DNA of 64,000 nucleotides from Candidatus Gastranaerophilales bacterium (lineage in GTDB: Bacteria; Cyanobacteriota; Vampirovibrionia; Gastranaerophilales; Gastranaerophilaceae), in assembly GCA_944327225.1 (NCBI GenBank), contig CALVGZ010000002.1, positions 20,579 through 84,578 of the forward strand. The letters run 5' to 3'. Below, in pieces: positions 48,388-57,257 of the stretch; within the stretch, counting starts at the first letter, position 1; each line of letters opens with the position of its first letter. Made by a program: the position numbers and the translations under genes. Under the pieces are notes generated by a model. That model was given only the letters and a program-made list of their open reading frames with translations, had not been told where the DNA came from and ran no database searches.

Positions 48388-49046
48388 TCGATTGTATTAT
48401 AAATTCTATCTCCCGCATCTCCAAGTCCGGGGAGAATGTAACCTTTGTTGTTTAGAGTTCTATCTATTGAAGCTGTTATAATTTTCACATCTTCAAAATT
48501 TTCCGATATTTTTTTGATACCTTCAGGTGATGAAATTAGACTCACAAAAGTAATATTTTTTTCTAAAATACCTTTGGATATAAAGTTTTTAATAGTATCT
48601 ATTGCACTGTTTCCTGTTGCAAGCATAGGGTCTAAAATAATAACAAAAACTTTTTCTTTGTTTTCTTTTATTTTCTTTCTTTTATCATAGTACCATACCG
48701 GTTCAAGTGTTGCTTCATTTCTGTACATACCTATGTGATGTACATTTGCAAATGGAAGAAGATCTTGAGCAACTTCACAAAAAATCATTCCTGCCCTTAA
48801 AATTGGAGCAATTATAACTTGAGCAGATGTGTCAAAAACCTTGCAAATTGTTTTTTCCAAGGGCGTTTCTATTTCTTTTTCAATCGTGGGAAGATTTTTT
48901 GAAGCTTCATAAACTAACATATAAGTGATTCTTTTTAGTGCATTTTTAAATTTTTCACAATCGGAATTTTTATCTCTTATAACTGCTAAATTATTATCTA
49001 TAACGGGGTGAGATAAAATTTCTATATTAGTTTTTAATACTTCCAT
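48384..49046 (-). CDS. upp: uracil phosphoribosyltransferase
   Basis: 220 aa. ILRAGM, ILDPMLATGNSA and YILPGLGDAGDRIYNT motifs. Confidence 0.93.
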   Translation of the reverse strand: MEVLKTNIEILSHPVIDNNLAVIRDKNSDCEKFKNALKRITYMLVYEASKNLPTIEKEIETPLEKTICKVFDTSAQVIIAPILRAGMIFCEVAQDLLPFANVHHIGMYRNEATLEPVWYYDKRKKIKENKEKVFVIILDPMLATGNSAIDTIKNFISKGILEKNITFVSLISSPEGIKKISENFEDVKIITASIDRTLNNKGYILPGLGDAGDRIYNTID

Positions 49047-49061
49047 TATTAATTCCTTCGG

Positions 49062-49412
49062 TTAAATATAAGTTTCCCTTTTTGATAATACATCAAAAAT
49101 TTTGTCTGTTGTTATAATGGCTTTTTCTAATGGGTAACCTTTTTTAACCAATTCATCGCAAATTTTAATATGTGCTTCTGCTTTATCCGGATCTGATTTG
49201 AATTTTTCCAAAGCTTCTTTTAGACGTTTATTTTCTAAGTTATCCATGTTTACTTGAGCACATCCAAGTGTACCTAAGAAATTTAGGGGATTTTGTGTGG
49301 ATTCAGGCTCGTATTTGTCTTGGTTTGATTGTATTGGAGTTTTAGGCACAACATTATTGTTTTTTCTTGTTGTTCCAATAAAATTTATTTTGTTATTTAT
49401 ATCGTTATTCAT
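49062..49412 (-). CDS. hypothetical protein
   Basis: 116 aa. In an operon-like position 15 nt upstream of upp. No known motif. Confidence 0.45.
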   Translation of the reverse strand: MNNDINNKINFIGTTRKNNNVVPKTPIQSNQDKYEPESTQNPLNFLGTLGCAQVNMDNLENKRLKEALEKFKSDPDKAEAHIKICDELVKKGYPLEKAIITTDKIFDVLSKRETYI

Positions 49413-49712
49413 TTATTACTCTCCAATATTTGAGTTTTTGGCTCGTTTATTATACAAAACCAAAAAAGATTTTTTTTTGCTAGTTTAAAAACATTTCTTG
49501 ATATTTTAACTCTATAAAATATTGTTTGCAATATTCTAACAGATTGATTTTATTGTTATTCCTGGCTAAAATCCATTTATATCAATATTAATTATATAAT
49601 TTTTATATATTAAGTATTTGTTACAAAATAACATATTACATTTTTTTAATAAATTGCCTTATAAAAAAATAAAATTATATAATATTTGTGGGGATTTGTA
49701 GCCTAATGACGG

Positions 49713-50933
49713 ATGTTTACATTGTCTATTAAAGATAAAAATATTTTCGAAAATGTGGATTTTGGTAAATTTAGTAATGATATTACTGAAACAGTCGGTG
49801 CTGCCGTTGAGAAATTTTGGGAACAAGATATTAAAATCGTTTTAAAAGCAATAAATGATTTCAGGGAATTGAGAGATGAGAAGCTGGTAAAAAATATTAA
49901 TTTTTTTTCCAGTTTAATTAAAGTAGAAAAACACAAACCTGTTACTATAAGGCTTTCAAATAATTTTATTGAAAATTTTTTGGATGTTACGTTGGAAAAA
50001 AAAGAAGATTTTTCCCTTTCTAATTTAACTCCTCTTGAAATAAAAATTTTAAATAGTTTTTCAGAGTTTTTATATAAGCGTTTGAAAGAAGTTTTAATTT
50101 CCGAAAAAAATTTAAAATTAACTGAAAAAAGTGAAAAGAATGTTAGTTTTTTATTTTTGTTAGGTTTAAAAAACGGTGCTACATCTGAAATTTTGGTCAC
50201 AATCCCACTAGATAGGATTAATTTTAATGTTTTAAAAAAAGAAAAAGCTTTCAATGATGAAGATTTTAGAAATTCTCAAACAACCGTAAAAATTAAAGCA
50301 GGTAGTTCTAAAATAACTCTTGAAGAGTTAAATAATTTGTCGAAAGAAGATATAATTTTATTGGAAAATAGTGACAGTTCGAAACTTATTCTTATTTCAG
50401 GTGATTATGAAAAGAAATTTAATGTAAAGGTTAATCCTTCTCTTGTTATAAATTTGGATAATGAAGAACAAAACGAAAATATAGGTAATAATACTGGTGA
50501 TGAGGTAATAATGGAAAAAAATCTCTGGGACGATATACAGATTGAAATTAATGCGGAATTTGAAAAAGTTAAAATGACAATTGGTGAACTTAAACAAATA
50601 ACGCAAGGTCAGGTTGTTGATTTAGGTTCTGTTTTTGATAATGAAATTTCACTTTTTGTTGAAGATAAAAAAGTTGCCAAAGGTGAGCTTATAATAATCA
50701 ACGACAGATATGCGGTAAGATTAAACGAAGTATTAAGTTCTAAGGCAAAAGAAAATATTGAAGCTCAAGTTAAGGTTCAACCAAAACCTGCTCCTAAATC
50801 GCCTGCCGGTATAGCACCAAAAGGCCCGATTCCCAATAAACCGGCTTCTAAAATACCGCCTAAACAACCACAGATACCAAAACCAAAGCCTGCGGAAGAT
50901 GAACAATTCGATTATTCTGATTTTGAAAAATAA
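49713..50933 (+). CDS. fliN: flagellar motor switch protein, FliY/FliN family (SpoA domain) with Pro/Lys-rich C-terminal tail
   Basis: 406 aa. C-terminal SpoA/FliN domain (IQIEINAEFEKVKMTIGELKQITQGQVVDLGS..EISLFVEDKKVAKGELIIINDRYAVRLNEV), then a tail rich in P, K and A (QPKPAPKSPAGIAPKGPIPNKPASKIPPKQPQIPKPKPAEDE). Followed by fliOPQR. Confidence 0.75.
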   Translation: MFTLSIKDKNIFENVDFGKFSNDITETVGAAVEKFWEQDIKIVLKAINDFRELRDEKLVKNINFFSSLIKVEKHKPVTIRLSNNFIENFLDVTLEKKEDFSLSNLTPLEIKILNSFSEFLYKRLKEVLISEKNLKLTEKSEKNVSFLFLLGLKNGATSEILVTIPLDRINFNVLKKEKAFNDEDFRNSQTTVKIKAGSSKITLEELNNLSKEDIILLENSDSSKLILISGDYEKKFNVKVNPSLVINLDNEEQNENIGNNTGDEVIMEKNLWDDIQIEINAEFEKVKMTIGELKQITQGQVVDLGSVFDNEISLFVEDKKVAKGELIIINDRYAVRLNEVLSSKAKENIEAQVKVQPKPAPKSPAGIAPKGPIPNKPASKIPPKQPQIPKPKPAEDEQFDYSDFEK

Positions 50934-50945
50934 GAAGGAAAAGCC

Positions 50946-51458
50946 ATGATTAATTATATAGCAGCATTCATTTTTTATACACTTGCAATGATAGGCATTA
51001 TGCTTGTCGGATTAATAATTTATAAAAAAACTTTTATTATGAATAAAAGTGAAAATAAAGGAATGATAAAAATTTTGGACAGTTATCCGATTGGTGCAAA
51101 AAAGACATTATTTGTTGTAAAAATTAAAAATGAAAAATTTTTAATTGCATCAGGAGCGGAACATACTACGTTTTTGTCAAAATTAGAAAATGATAATGTA
51201 CAAAAGAATATGCCCGAAAAAAAGCAACAAATTTCAAATTTTTCAAATGAATTTGATAATGAAATAAGTGAAGTACCGAGATTTGATGATAACAAGAAGT
51301 CTCATCTTGAAAAATTGCAAAAACAATTTATGGAATTGTATGAAAAAGAAGACAATCAATCAAAAGTTATGACTAAAGCCGAAAGCAAACATCAAATTAT
51401 GCGTCAATTATTGGATGAATTAAATGAAACAAAAAATATTAAAGCAGGGAGATTTTAA
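50946..51458 (+). CDS. fliO: flagellar biosynthesis protein FliO
   Basis: 170 aa. Single N-terminal TM plus ..ILDSYPIGAKKTLFVVKIKNEKFLIASGAEHTTFLSKL. Positioned directly upstream of fliP. Confidence 0.65.
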   Translation: MINYIAAFIFYTLAMIGIMLVGLIIYKKTFIMNKSENKGMIKILDSYPIGAKKTLFVVKIKNEKFLIASGAEHTTFLSKLENDNVQKNMPEKKQQISNFSNEFDNEISEVPRFDDNKKSHLEKLQKQFMELYEKEDNQSKVMTKAESKHQIMRQLLDELNETKNIKAGRF

Positions 51459-52099
51459 TGGATAATTTGTTAAAGGATATAAATCCTGTTATACAATTAT
51501 TAATTGCGATGGCAGCTTTTTCCTTGTTGCCTTTCATTTTTGTTTCCATGACGCCTTTTTTAAGGTTTACGGTTGTTTTTTCTATGTTGAAAACGGCTTT
51601 GGGTACAAATTCAGTTCCGCCTGCAATAACATTAATAGGCTTATCTTTAATTTTGACGTTTTATACAATGTCGCCGGTATTTGATAAAATGTACCAAGAA
51701 TATCAGATTCCATATCAAAAAAATCAAAATGTAATAGAAGCGTTGAATGCAAGTTCAAAACCATTAAAAGAATATATGTTAAAACAAACAAGGCAAGGAG
51801 ATTTGGCTTTCTTTGTCGAAAAAACAAGAAAAGCCGCACCAAAAACTCCTGATGAGCTTACACTTTGGGAAGTTGCACCGGCTTATATCATATCTGAATT
51901 AAAAACGGCTTTTGAAATCGGATTTATTATTTATGTTCCCTTTATTGTTTTGGATCTTGTTGTGGCCAATATTTTACTTGCGTTAGGGATGTTTATGTTA
52001 TCTCCTCAAATTGTTTCAACTCCTTTTAAATTGTTGATTTTTATTGCGGTAGATGGTTGGAGTCTTATTGTTAAAGGGCTTGTGGAGAGTTTTAATTAA
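51458..52099 (+). CDS. fliP: flagellar type III export gate protein FliP
   Basis: 213 aa. TPFLRFTVVFSMLKTALGT...PP and ELKTAFEIGFIIYVPFIVLDLVVANILLALGMFMLSP motifs. Confidence 0.9.
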   Translation: MDNLLKDINPVIQLLIAMAAFSLLPFIFVSMTPFLRFTVVFSMLKTALGTNSVPPAITLIGLSLILTFYTMSPVFDKMYQEYQIPYQKNQNVIEALNASSKPLKEYMLKQTRQGDLAFFVEKTRKAAPKTPDELTLWEVAPAYIISELKTAFEIGFIIYVPFIVLDLVVANILLALGMFMLSPQIVSTPFKLLIFIAVDGWSLIVKGLVESFN

Positions 52100-52100
52100 A

Positions 52101-52595
52101 ATGGAAGTTCTTGTTGAATATTTGGCAAAAGGTTTTATGGTAATGCTTGCAATAAGCATGCCTTGTGTTCTTATGGCTGCTTTAGTCGGCTTAATTGTTG
52201 GTATTTTGCAAGCGGTAACTCAAGTTCAGGAACAAACAATAGCTGCTGCTCCAAAAATTGTTATAGTTTTTTTAACAATTGTGTTGTTGGGCGGTTATTT
52301 TATTAAGATTTTAACTAATTATTTATATGAAGGCACACATCTTGCTTTTCAAATTGTGCCTAAAAATGATACTTTTGTACTTCCACCTGATTATTATAAA
52401 TATACTCGTCCCTTCAGTTCTGAAATGCAGGACAAAATTAATACGGATAAGTCTTTTAATAAGGCTTTAATGAATAATGGACAGATTCCTTGGGATAAAA
52501 AGGCAACAAGACATCAAATTTATATTAATGCTAAGCAAAATCCTACTGTTGAACCTAATTTTATAGAAAGATTAAAAATACAACGTGGAAATTAG
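52101..52595 (+). CDS. fliQ: flagellar export gate protein FliQ with ~75-aa C-terminal extension
   Basis: Start trimmed to MEVLVEY. The FliQ core is AALVGLIVGILQAVTQVQEQTIAAAPKIVIVFLTIVLLGGY. The ORF continues to 164 aa, whereas FliQ is normally about 89 aa. Confidence 0.85.
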   Translation: MEVLVEYLAKGFMVMLAISMPCVLMAALVGLIVGILQAVTQVQEQTIAAAPKIVIVFLTIVLLGGYFIKILTNYLYEGTHLAFQIVPKNDTFVLPPDYYKYTRPFSSEMQDKINTDKSFNKALMNNGQIPWDKKATRHQIYINAKQNPTVEPNFIERLKIQRGN

Positions 52596-52606
52596 AGGAA
52601 TAGAAA

Positions 52607-53386
52607 TTGGATGAAATTTTAAAACAATTTGCAATTTTGTTTCCTGAAATAAATACGGCTCTTGGAACCGGTATTATGGTTTTTTTGCGTTTGGTTGGAA
52701 TGATGAGGTTGGCTCCTGTTTTATCCAAAAGTGAAATTCCTGCAATGGTTAGACTTTCGTTTGCAATAATTTGTACTATTATTCTTGTTGGCGTGATAAA
52801 GCCTACTGCACCTCCCGACGGAACTCCTATTTTTCTTTGTATGGTTTTAAATTTTATTTTTGGTGCGATTATTGGTTTTGTTGCAAATTGTATTCTAGCT
52901 GCCGTTTTGACGGGTGGAGATATGATAAATACTCAAATGGGTTTATCTTCGGCAATGATTATGGATCCGAGTACTAAATCACAAGTGAGTGTAATGGCTA
53001 ACTTTTTTTCAGTTCTTGCAATATTAATTTTTATGTATTCAGGTGGAATTTATTGGTTATTTAATGCAATAATAAAGAGTTTTGAATTGTATCCTATGTA
53101 CAGTACTAATTTTCATTTTGAAAATATAGTAAATATACAATATTTAAGCGAAGTTACGGGCAATATTCTTTTTATGGGTTTACACATAGCAGGACCCGTA
53201 TTTCTTGCCACAATGGCACAAGATATTATTCTTGGTATAATTTCCAAGACTGCTCCTCAAGTGAATGTTTTTTCTCTGAGCTTCTTATTTAAGCCTGTTT
53301 TAGGGGCATTTATTTTAATTGTAATTTTGCCTATGTTAATTAATGTGATAACTGATTATTTAGTTTCTTACGCAGGGATTTTTTAA
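52607..53386 (+). CDS. fliR: flagellar export gate protein FliR (TTG start)
   Basis: 259 aa with 6-7 TM helices. N-terminal VFLRLVGMMRLAPVLS and position after fliQ. Confidence 0.8.
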   Translation: MDEILKQFAILFPEINTALGTGIMVFLRLVGMMRLAPVLSKSEIPAMVRLSFAIICTIILVGVIKPTAPPDGTPIFLCMVLNFIFGAIIGFVANCILAAVLTGGDMINTQMGLSSAMIMDPSTKSQVSVMANFFSVLAILIFMYSGGIYWLFNAIIKSFELYPMYSTNFHFENIVNIQYLSEVTGNILFMGLHIAGPVFLATMAQDIILGIISKTAPQVNVFSLSFLFKPVLGAFILIVILPMLINVITDYLVSYAGIF

Positions 53387-54077
53387 TTTTTTTTGGTTTA
53401 TTTAAAATTGGTTTTGGTTTCATACAAATCCATAAAATGCTTTTTATGTATGGTCCAATAGTTAATGCCAACATACTGAAAATTAAATCGTAGATGAATT
53501 TAGCACTCATTGCTTTTGCAATTGGTAAAATGAGATTAAAGTCAATAATTCTGAATATGGCAAGAATAATGCAATAAATAAAACCTATCGAATGTATTGT
53601 AATGACCCCTGTTATCGCTGCAATTATTCTGAATTTTAGGGAGTGGTTTAATTTAAGTATTGTTCCTGAAAATAAAATTGCAAAAATAAAACCGACCAAA
53701 TAACCGAAAAGGTAATTTTGAATATAATCCAGACCACCGCCGTATATAAAAATCGGCCATATAAAAAATCCCGTCAAAAGGTAAATTGTAAATGTTATAT
53801 AAGAAAATTTTTTGCCTAAAATATATATTATGAATATCATAATAGGAATTTGAGGAGTATATATAACATTTTTAAATGTTGGGGTGAAACCTATCCCTTT
53901 AATATATTCAAACCAAGGATGTGAAAAATTTATCTGTGTGAAAGTTGCAATTATTAAAAATAAAAAACATAAAGCACATACAACCAAAGTTCCTATCGTA
54001 AGTGGAGTTGCCTCACCTTTATATATATATTGGTCAAAAATATCTTTGTATCTTTTATTTATTATTGTTTTCTTCAT
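53340..54077 (-). CDS. BioY-like ECF S-component / polytopic membrane protein
   Basis: 245 aa with about 6 TM helices. The pattern ..LLTGFFIWPIFIYGGGLDYIQNYLFGYLVGFIFAILFSG resembles the BioY core (G..G.PVF..GGGL.YL....GGYL.GF). Confidence 0.45.
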   Translation of the reverse strand: MKKTIINKRYKDIFDQYIYKGEATPLTIGTLVVCALCFLFLIIATFTQINFSHPWFEYIKGIGFTPTFKNVIYTPQIPIMIFIIYILGKKFSYITFTIYLLTGFFIWPIFIYGGGLDYIQNYLFGYLVGFIFAILFSGTILKLNHSLKFRIIAAITGVITIHSIGFIYCIILAIFRIIDFNLILPIAKAMSAKFIYDLIFSMLALTIGPYIKSILWICMKPKPILNKPKKIKKSLRKKLNNQLSH

Positions 54078-54579
54078 AGTTTATAATGTTTTCTTTAATT
54101 CTATCATATAATTTTTTGTAATTTTTATTAAAAATATTTTCACTCCACATAATAAGAGCACTTTCATTATTATCTTGATAATAGTTTTTTCTTATTCCTA
54201 AGGATTTAAAACCGAATTTTTCATATAAAGAAATTGCCTTTTTGTTTGAAATTCTTACTTCCAGTGTGATATATTTAATTTTTTCTTTATAACATTCATC
54301 TATCATACTTAAAAGTAATTTTTGAGCAAGTTTTTTGTTTTGAAAATCAGGATGTACGGATAAATTTGTAATATGAGCTTCGTCTATGATTTTCCAAAAG
54401 CCTATATATCCGATACATTTATTTTCATTAATTATACATTTATATGATGAGATTTTATTGTTTAATTCGGTTAAAAATGAATCTTTTGACCAATGATGAG
54501 CTCCATAACACAATTCTTCAATTTGAAGAATGTCATCAATGTGTTTTTGATCCATTTTTTCAATTTTAAATTGCTGCAT
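54055..54579 (-). CDS. rimI: GNAT acetyltransferase, RimI-type (ribosomal-protein-alanine N-acetyltransferase)
   Basis: 174 aa. GYIGFWKIIDEAHITNLSVHPDFQNKKLAQKLL...ITLEVRISNKKAISLYEKFGFK. Confidence 0.65.
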   Translation of the reverse strand: MQQFKIEKMDQKHIDDILQIEELCYGAHHWSKDSFLTELNNKISSYKCIINENKCIGYIGFWKIIDEAHITNLSVHPDFQNKKLAQKLLLSMIDECYKEKIKYITLEVRISNKKAISLYEKFGFKSLGIRKNYYQDNNESALIMWSENIFNKNYKKLYDRIKENIINYEENNNK

Positions 54580-54601
54580 ATAAATATAATATCAAAAAAT
54601 A

Positions 54602-55162
54602 TTAAAATGATTCTGATATTTTGAAGGGTTGGTGTTTAATATCATGACCTTCAAAATCCATTAAACCACGATTTAATTGGCTATATTTAGCATCTTTTGA
54701 ATTAAATTTTTTCTTTAAAAATTCATAAGAAATTTTAGGATCACATTGTTCACCACATGTGAATAAATCAACTGCAGCATAACCAAATTCGGGCCAAGTA
54801 TGGATTGCTAAATGACTTTCGGAAATTATAACAACTCCTGAAACACCATGAGGCATAAATAAATGGAAACACTTATTAACTACGGTTGCACCGCACTCCA
54901 GTGCCGCTTCAAGCATATATTTCTCAACCAGTGTCGGGTTATTTAAAACATTGGGGTCACATTCAAAAAATTCAGCCAGTATATGTCTTCCAAGATATTG
55001 TTGTTGTTTATTTTCAGCTGTTACGTTTCCGATAGGTGTCATTATTGCCAATTCATATTCCCCCTTATATTTTTTATTATCTACTTGCAAAAACAAATAT
55101 ACACTATAACAAAAAAACATACAAGAGGTAAAAGTTAATATTTTCAAAAATTTTTTTAACAA
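54602..55162 (-). CDS. speH: S-adenosylmethionine decarboxylase proenzyme (SpeH/SpeD class 1), ORF carries hydrophobic N-terminal extension
   Basis: Core LGRHILAEFFECD..GVSGVVIISESHLAIHTWPEFGYAAVDLFTCG with the ES/H self-processing site. About 55 extra N-terminal residues. An alternative start is Met41 at 55042. Confidence 0.85.
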   Translation of the reverse strand: MLKKFLKILTFTSCMFFCYSVYLFLQVDNKKYKGEYELAIMTPIGNVTAENKQQQYLGRHILAEFFECDPNVLNNPTLVEKYMLEAALECGATVVNKCFHLFMPHGVSGVVIISESHLAIHTWPEFGYAAVDLFTCGEQCDPKISYEFLKKKFNSKDAKYSQLNRGLMDFEGHDIKHQPFKISESF

Positions 55163-55250
55163 TTTTTAATAATACTTTATTTTCTTACATTATTTTTAAT
55201 ATTTTTTAATTTTTAAATAAAATAATTGATTTTAGATATAATATTTTATT

Positions 55251-55967
55251 ATGAATAAGATATTAATAATTGATGATGATGTTGCTATATGTGAATTGAT
55301 AAAGGTTAATCTTGAACTTCAGGGATATGATTGTTTATATTCTGTCGACCCTATTAGAGGTTTTGCATTAGCAAAACAAGAGTTGCCTGCACTGATTATT
55401 TTGGATGTAATGATGGGTGAAGTAAACGGGTATGAAATAGCAAAGAAAATTCGCCAAACAAAGGATATATCCAAAACCCCGATTATTATGTTAACTGCAT
55501 TGGGTGAATTAAATAATAAATTAAAGGGTTTTAATTCCGGAGTTGATGATTATATTGTAAAGCCTTTCGAAATAGAAGAATTAAAAGCAAGGGTTATGGC
55601 ACTTTTGGCTCGTAGTGGCGAAGAATTTTCTTCTTTAAGAGTTAAAGAGGTTTTGTCAAAAGGCGATATTACTTTAATTCCGGAAAGCTATAGTGTTAAA
55701 ATTTTGGATAAAACAACTCAGTTAACCCCCATTGAATTTGATATTTTGAATGTCTTAATGCAGTATGAAGGTTCTATGGTGAGTGCAAAAACTCTTTTAA
55801 AAGAAGTTTGGGGTTATGAAGATGAAGACGATATTGATACTATAAGAGTTCATATAACTCACCTAAGAGCAAAGATTGATAAAATTTCTTCTCAAAAAAA
55901 TAAATATATTCAGACTATATATGGTGGCGGTTATAGACTTTTAGCAAATGGTGTAGAAAAAAAATAG
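55251..55967 (+). CDS. OmpR-family two-component response regulator (orphan; no adjacent histidine kinase)
   Basis: 238 aa. Receiver (ILIIDDD..LIILDVMMGEVNGYE..IIMLTA..KPF) plus winged-helix (LTPIEFDIL..L......R.HI..LR.KI....YIQTIYGGGYRL). Confidence 0.9.
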   Translation: MNKILIIDDDVAICELIKVNLELQGYDCLYSVDPIRGFALAKQELPALIILDVMMGEVNGYEIAKKIRQTKDISKTPIIMLTALGELNNKLKGFNSGVDDYIVKPFEIEELKARVMALLARSGEEFSSLRVKEVLSKGDITLIPESYSVKILDKTTQLTPIEFDILNVLMQYEGSMVSAKTLLKEVWGYEDEDDIDTIRVHITHLRAKIDKISSQKNKYIQTIYGGGYRLLANGVEKK

Positions 55968-55968
55968 G

Positions 55969-57246
55969 ATGAAATTTAAGCAAATAAATTTTTTTTTAAA
56001 TATTGATAAATTAAAAAAATTTATCTTGATTGTAACAAGCGTGCTTGTTCTTTTTAGTATTACTTATAATAATTTTAAAATCAAAGAAATTAAAAGAATT
56101 AATAATATTTCGGAAGTAAATATTATTAATGATAAAAAAGTTTCACCAAAAGAGTTATTTGAGTATTCTTGGCAAATTATAAAAACAAATTATTACAAAA
56201 ATAATTTAAATAAACAAAATTGGAACAGATGGAAAAAAAGATATATCCATGAAATAAAAACCGAAGAAGATGCTTATATTGCAATAAATACAATGCTTGC
56301 GTCTTTGGATGATTCTTATTCAAAATTTATGTCGAAAGAAGAATTTTTGGCACAAAATAGTGCCATAAATTCAAAATTATACGGTATTGGTATTAATATA
56401 GCATCAATTGCCGGCAAAATATATATAATAAATGTTCTTGAAAATGCTCCGGCTTATCAGGCGGGTGTTAAAGCAGGGGATATAATTTTAAAAGTTAACG
56501 GTGAAGATGTTAATGGCCAGACGATATATCATGTTGCCCAATTAATCAGAGGTAATATTAATGAGTCTATTAATTTAGAACTTTTAAGAGGAAACGAGAA
56601 ATTTGATAAAACAATAAAAAGAGAAGAAATAAAAATTAAAACTATTGATTATAAAAAATTAACGAATGATATAGGCTATATAAAAATTTCGAGTTTTATT
56701 GGTGCTGATACTCCTAAAGAATTCATAATTGCATTGAATCGTCTTAAAGATTCAAAAGGTTTAATTTTGGATTTAAGGGGAAATTCTGGCGGATTATTTC
56801 AAAATGCAATAATGATTTCAAATTTATTTATGAATAAGGGTGTTATAGTTAATGTTATAGCAAGACAAGGCAAAAAAAATGTATATTCGGCTCAAAATGA
56901 AGGATGTATCTATGATAATCCTTTGGTTGTTTTGATTGATAATAATTCAGCATCTGCTTCAGAAATTTTATCTTCGGCTTTAAGAGATAATTCACGAGCT
57001 GTTTTAGTCGGAACTAGAACTTATGGCAAGGGTTTAGTTCAAAAAATATTTTCACTTCCAAATCAATCGGGTATGAATTTGACAATTGCAAGATATTTAA
57101 CTCCCAAGGGGGTTGATATAAATAAAAAGGGTATTGAGCCCGATTTTACGGTTAATTTTTCGCATAATGATTTTATAAATAATATTGATCCACAGTTAAT
57201 TTATGCACAAAGATATTTAGAAAAGCAGACAGCAAACAGTTTATAA
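55969..57246 (+). CDS. ctpA: C-terminal processing peptidase (S41 family)
   Basis: 425 aa. N-terminal TM, PDZ (GIGINI..G.I.I..V.ENAPAYQAGVKAGDIILKVNG), and catalytic DLRGNSGG, SASASEILSSAL, TYGKGLVQ. Confidence 0.9.
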   Translation: MKFKQINFFLNIDKLKKFILIVTSVLVLFSITYNNFKIKEIKRINNISEVNIINDKKVSPKELFEYSWQIIKTNYYKNNLNKQNWNRWKKRYIHEIKTEEDAYIAINTMLASLDDSYSKFMSKEEFLAQNSAINSKLYGIGINIASIAGKIYIINVLENAPAYQAGVKAGDIILKVNGEDVNGQTIYHVAQLIRGNINESINLELLRGNEKFDKTIKREEIKIKTIDYKKLTNDIGYIKISSFIGADTPKEFIIALNRLKDSKGLILDLRGNSGGLFQNAIMISNLFMNKGVIVNVIARQGKKNVYSAQNEGCIYDNPLVVLIDNNSASASEILSSALRDNSRAVLVGTRTYGKGLVQKIFSLPNQSGMNLTIARYLTPKGVDINKKGIEPDFTVNFSHNDFINNIDPQLIYAQRYLEKQTANSL

Positions 57247-57257
57247 CAGATAGTAGT

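Noticed and set aside
49703-50254. 183-aa minus-strand ORF overlapping the 5' half of the fliY/N-like gene
   Set aside because: It is antisense to an ORF whose C-terminus carries a clear SpoA/FliN domain and which heads the fliOPQR operon. The product is an F/S/K/L low-complexity string.
50760-50933. Pro/Lys-rich 3' end of the fliY/N-like gene as a tandem DNA repeat or separate gene
   Set aside because: It is in frame and continuous with the SpoA domain. The PKP periodicity is at the peptide level only, with no exact nucleotide tandem repeat.
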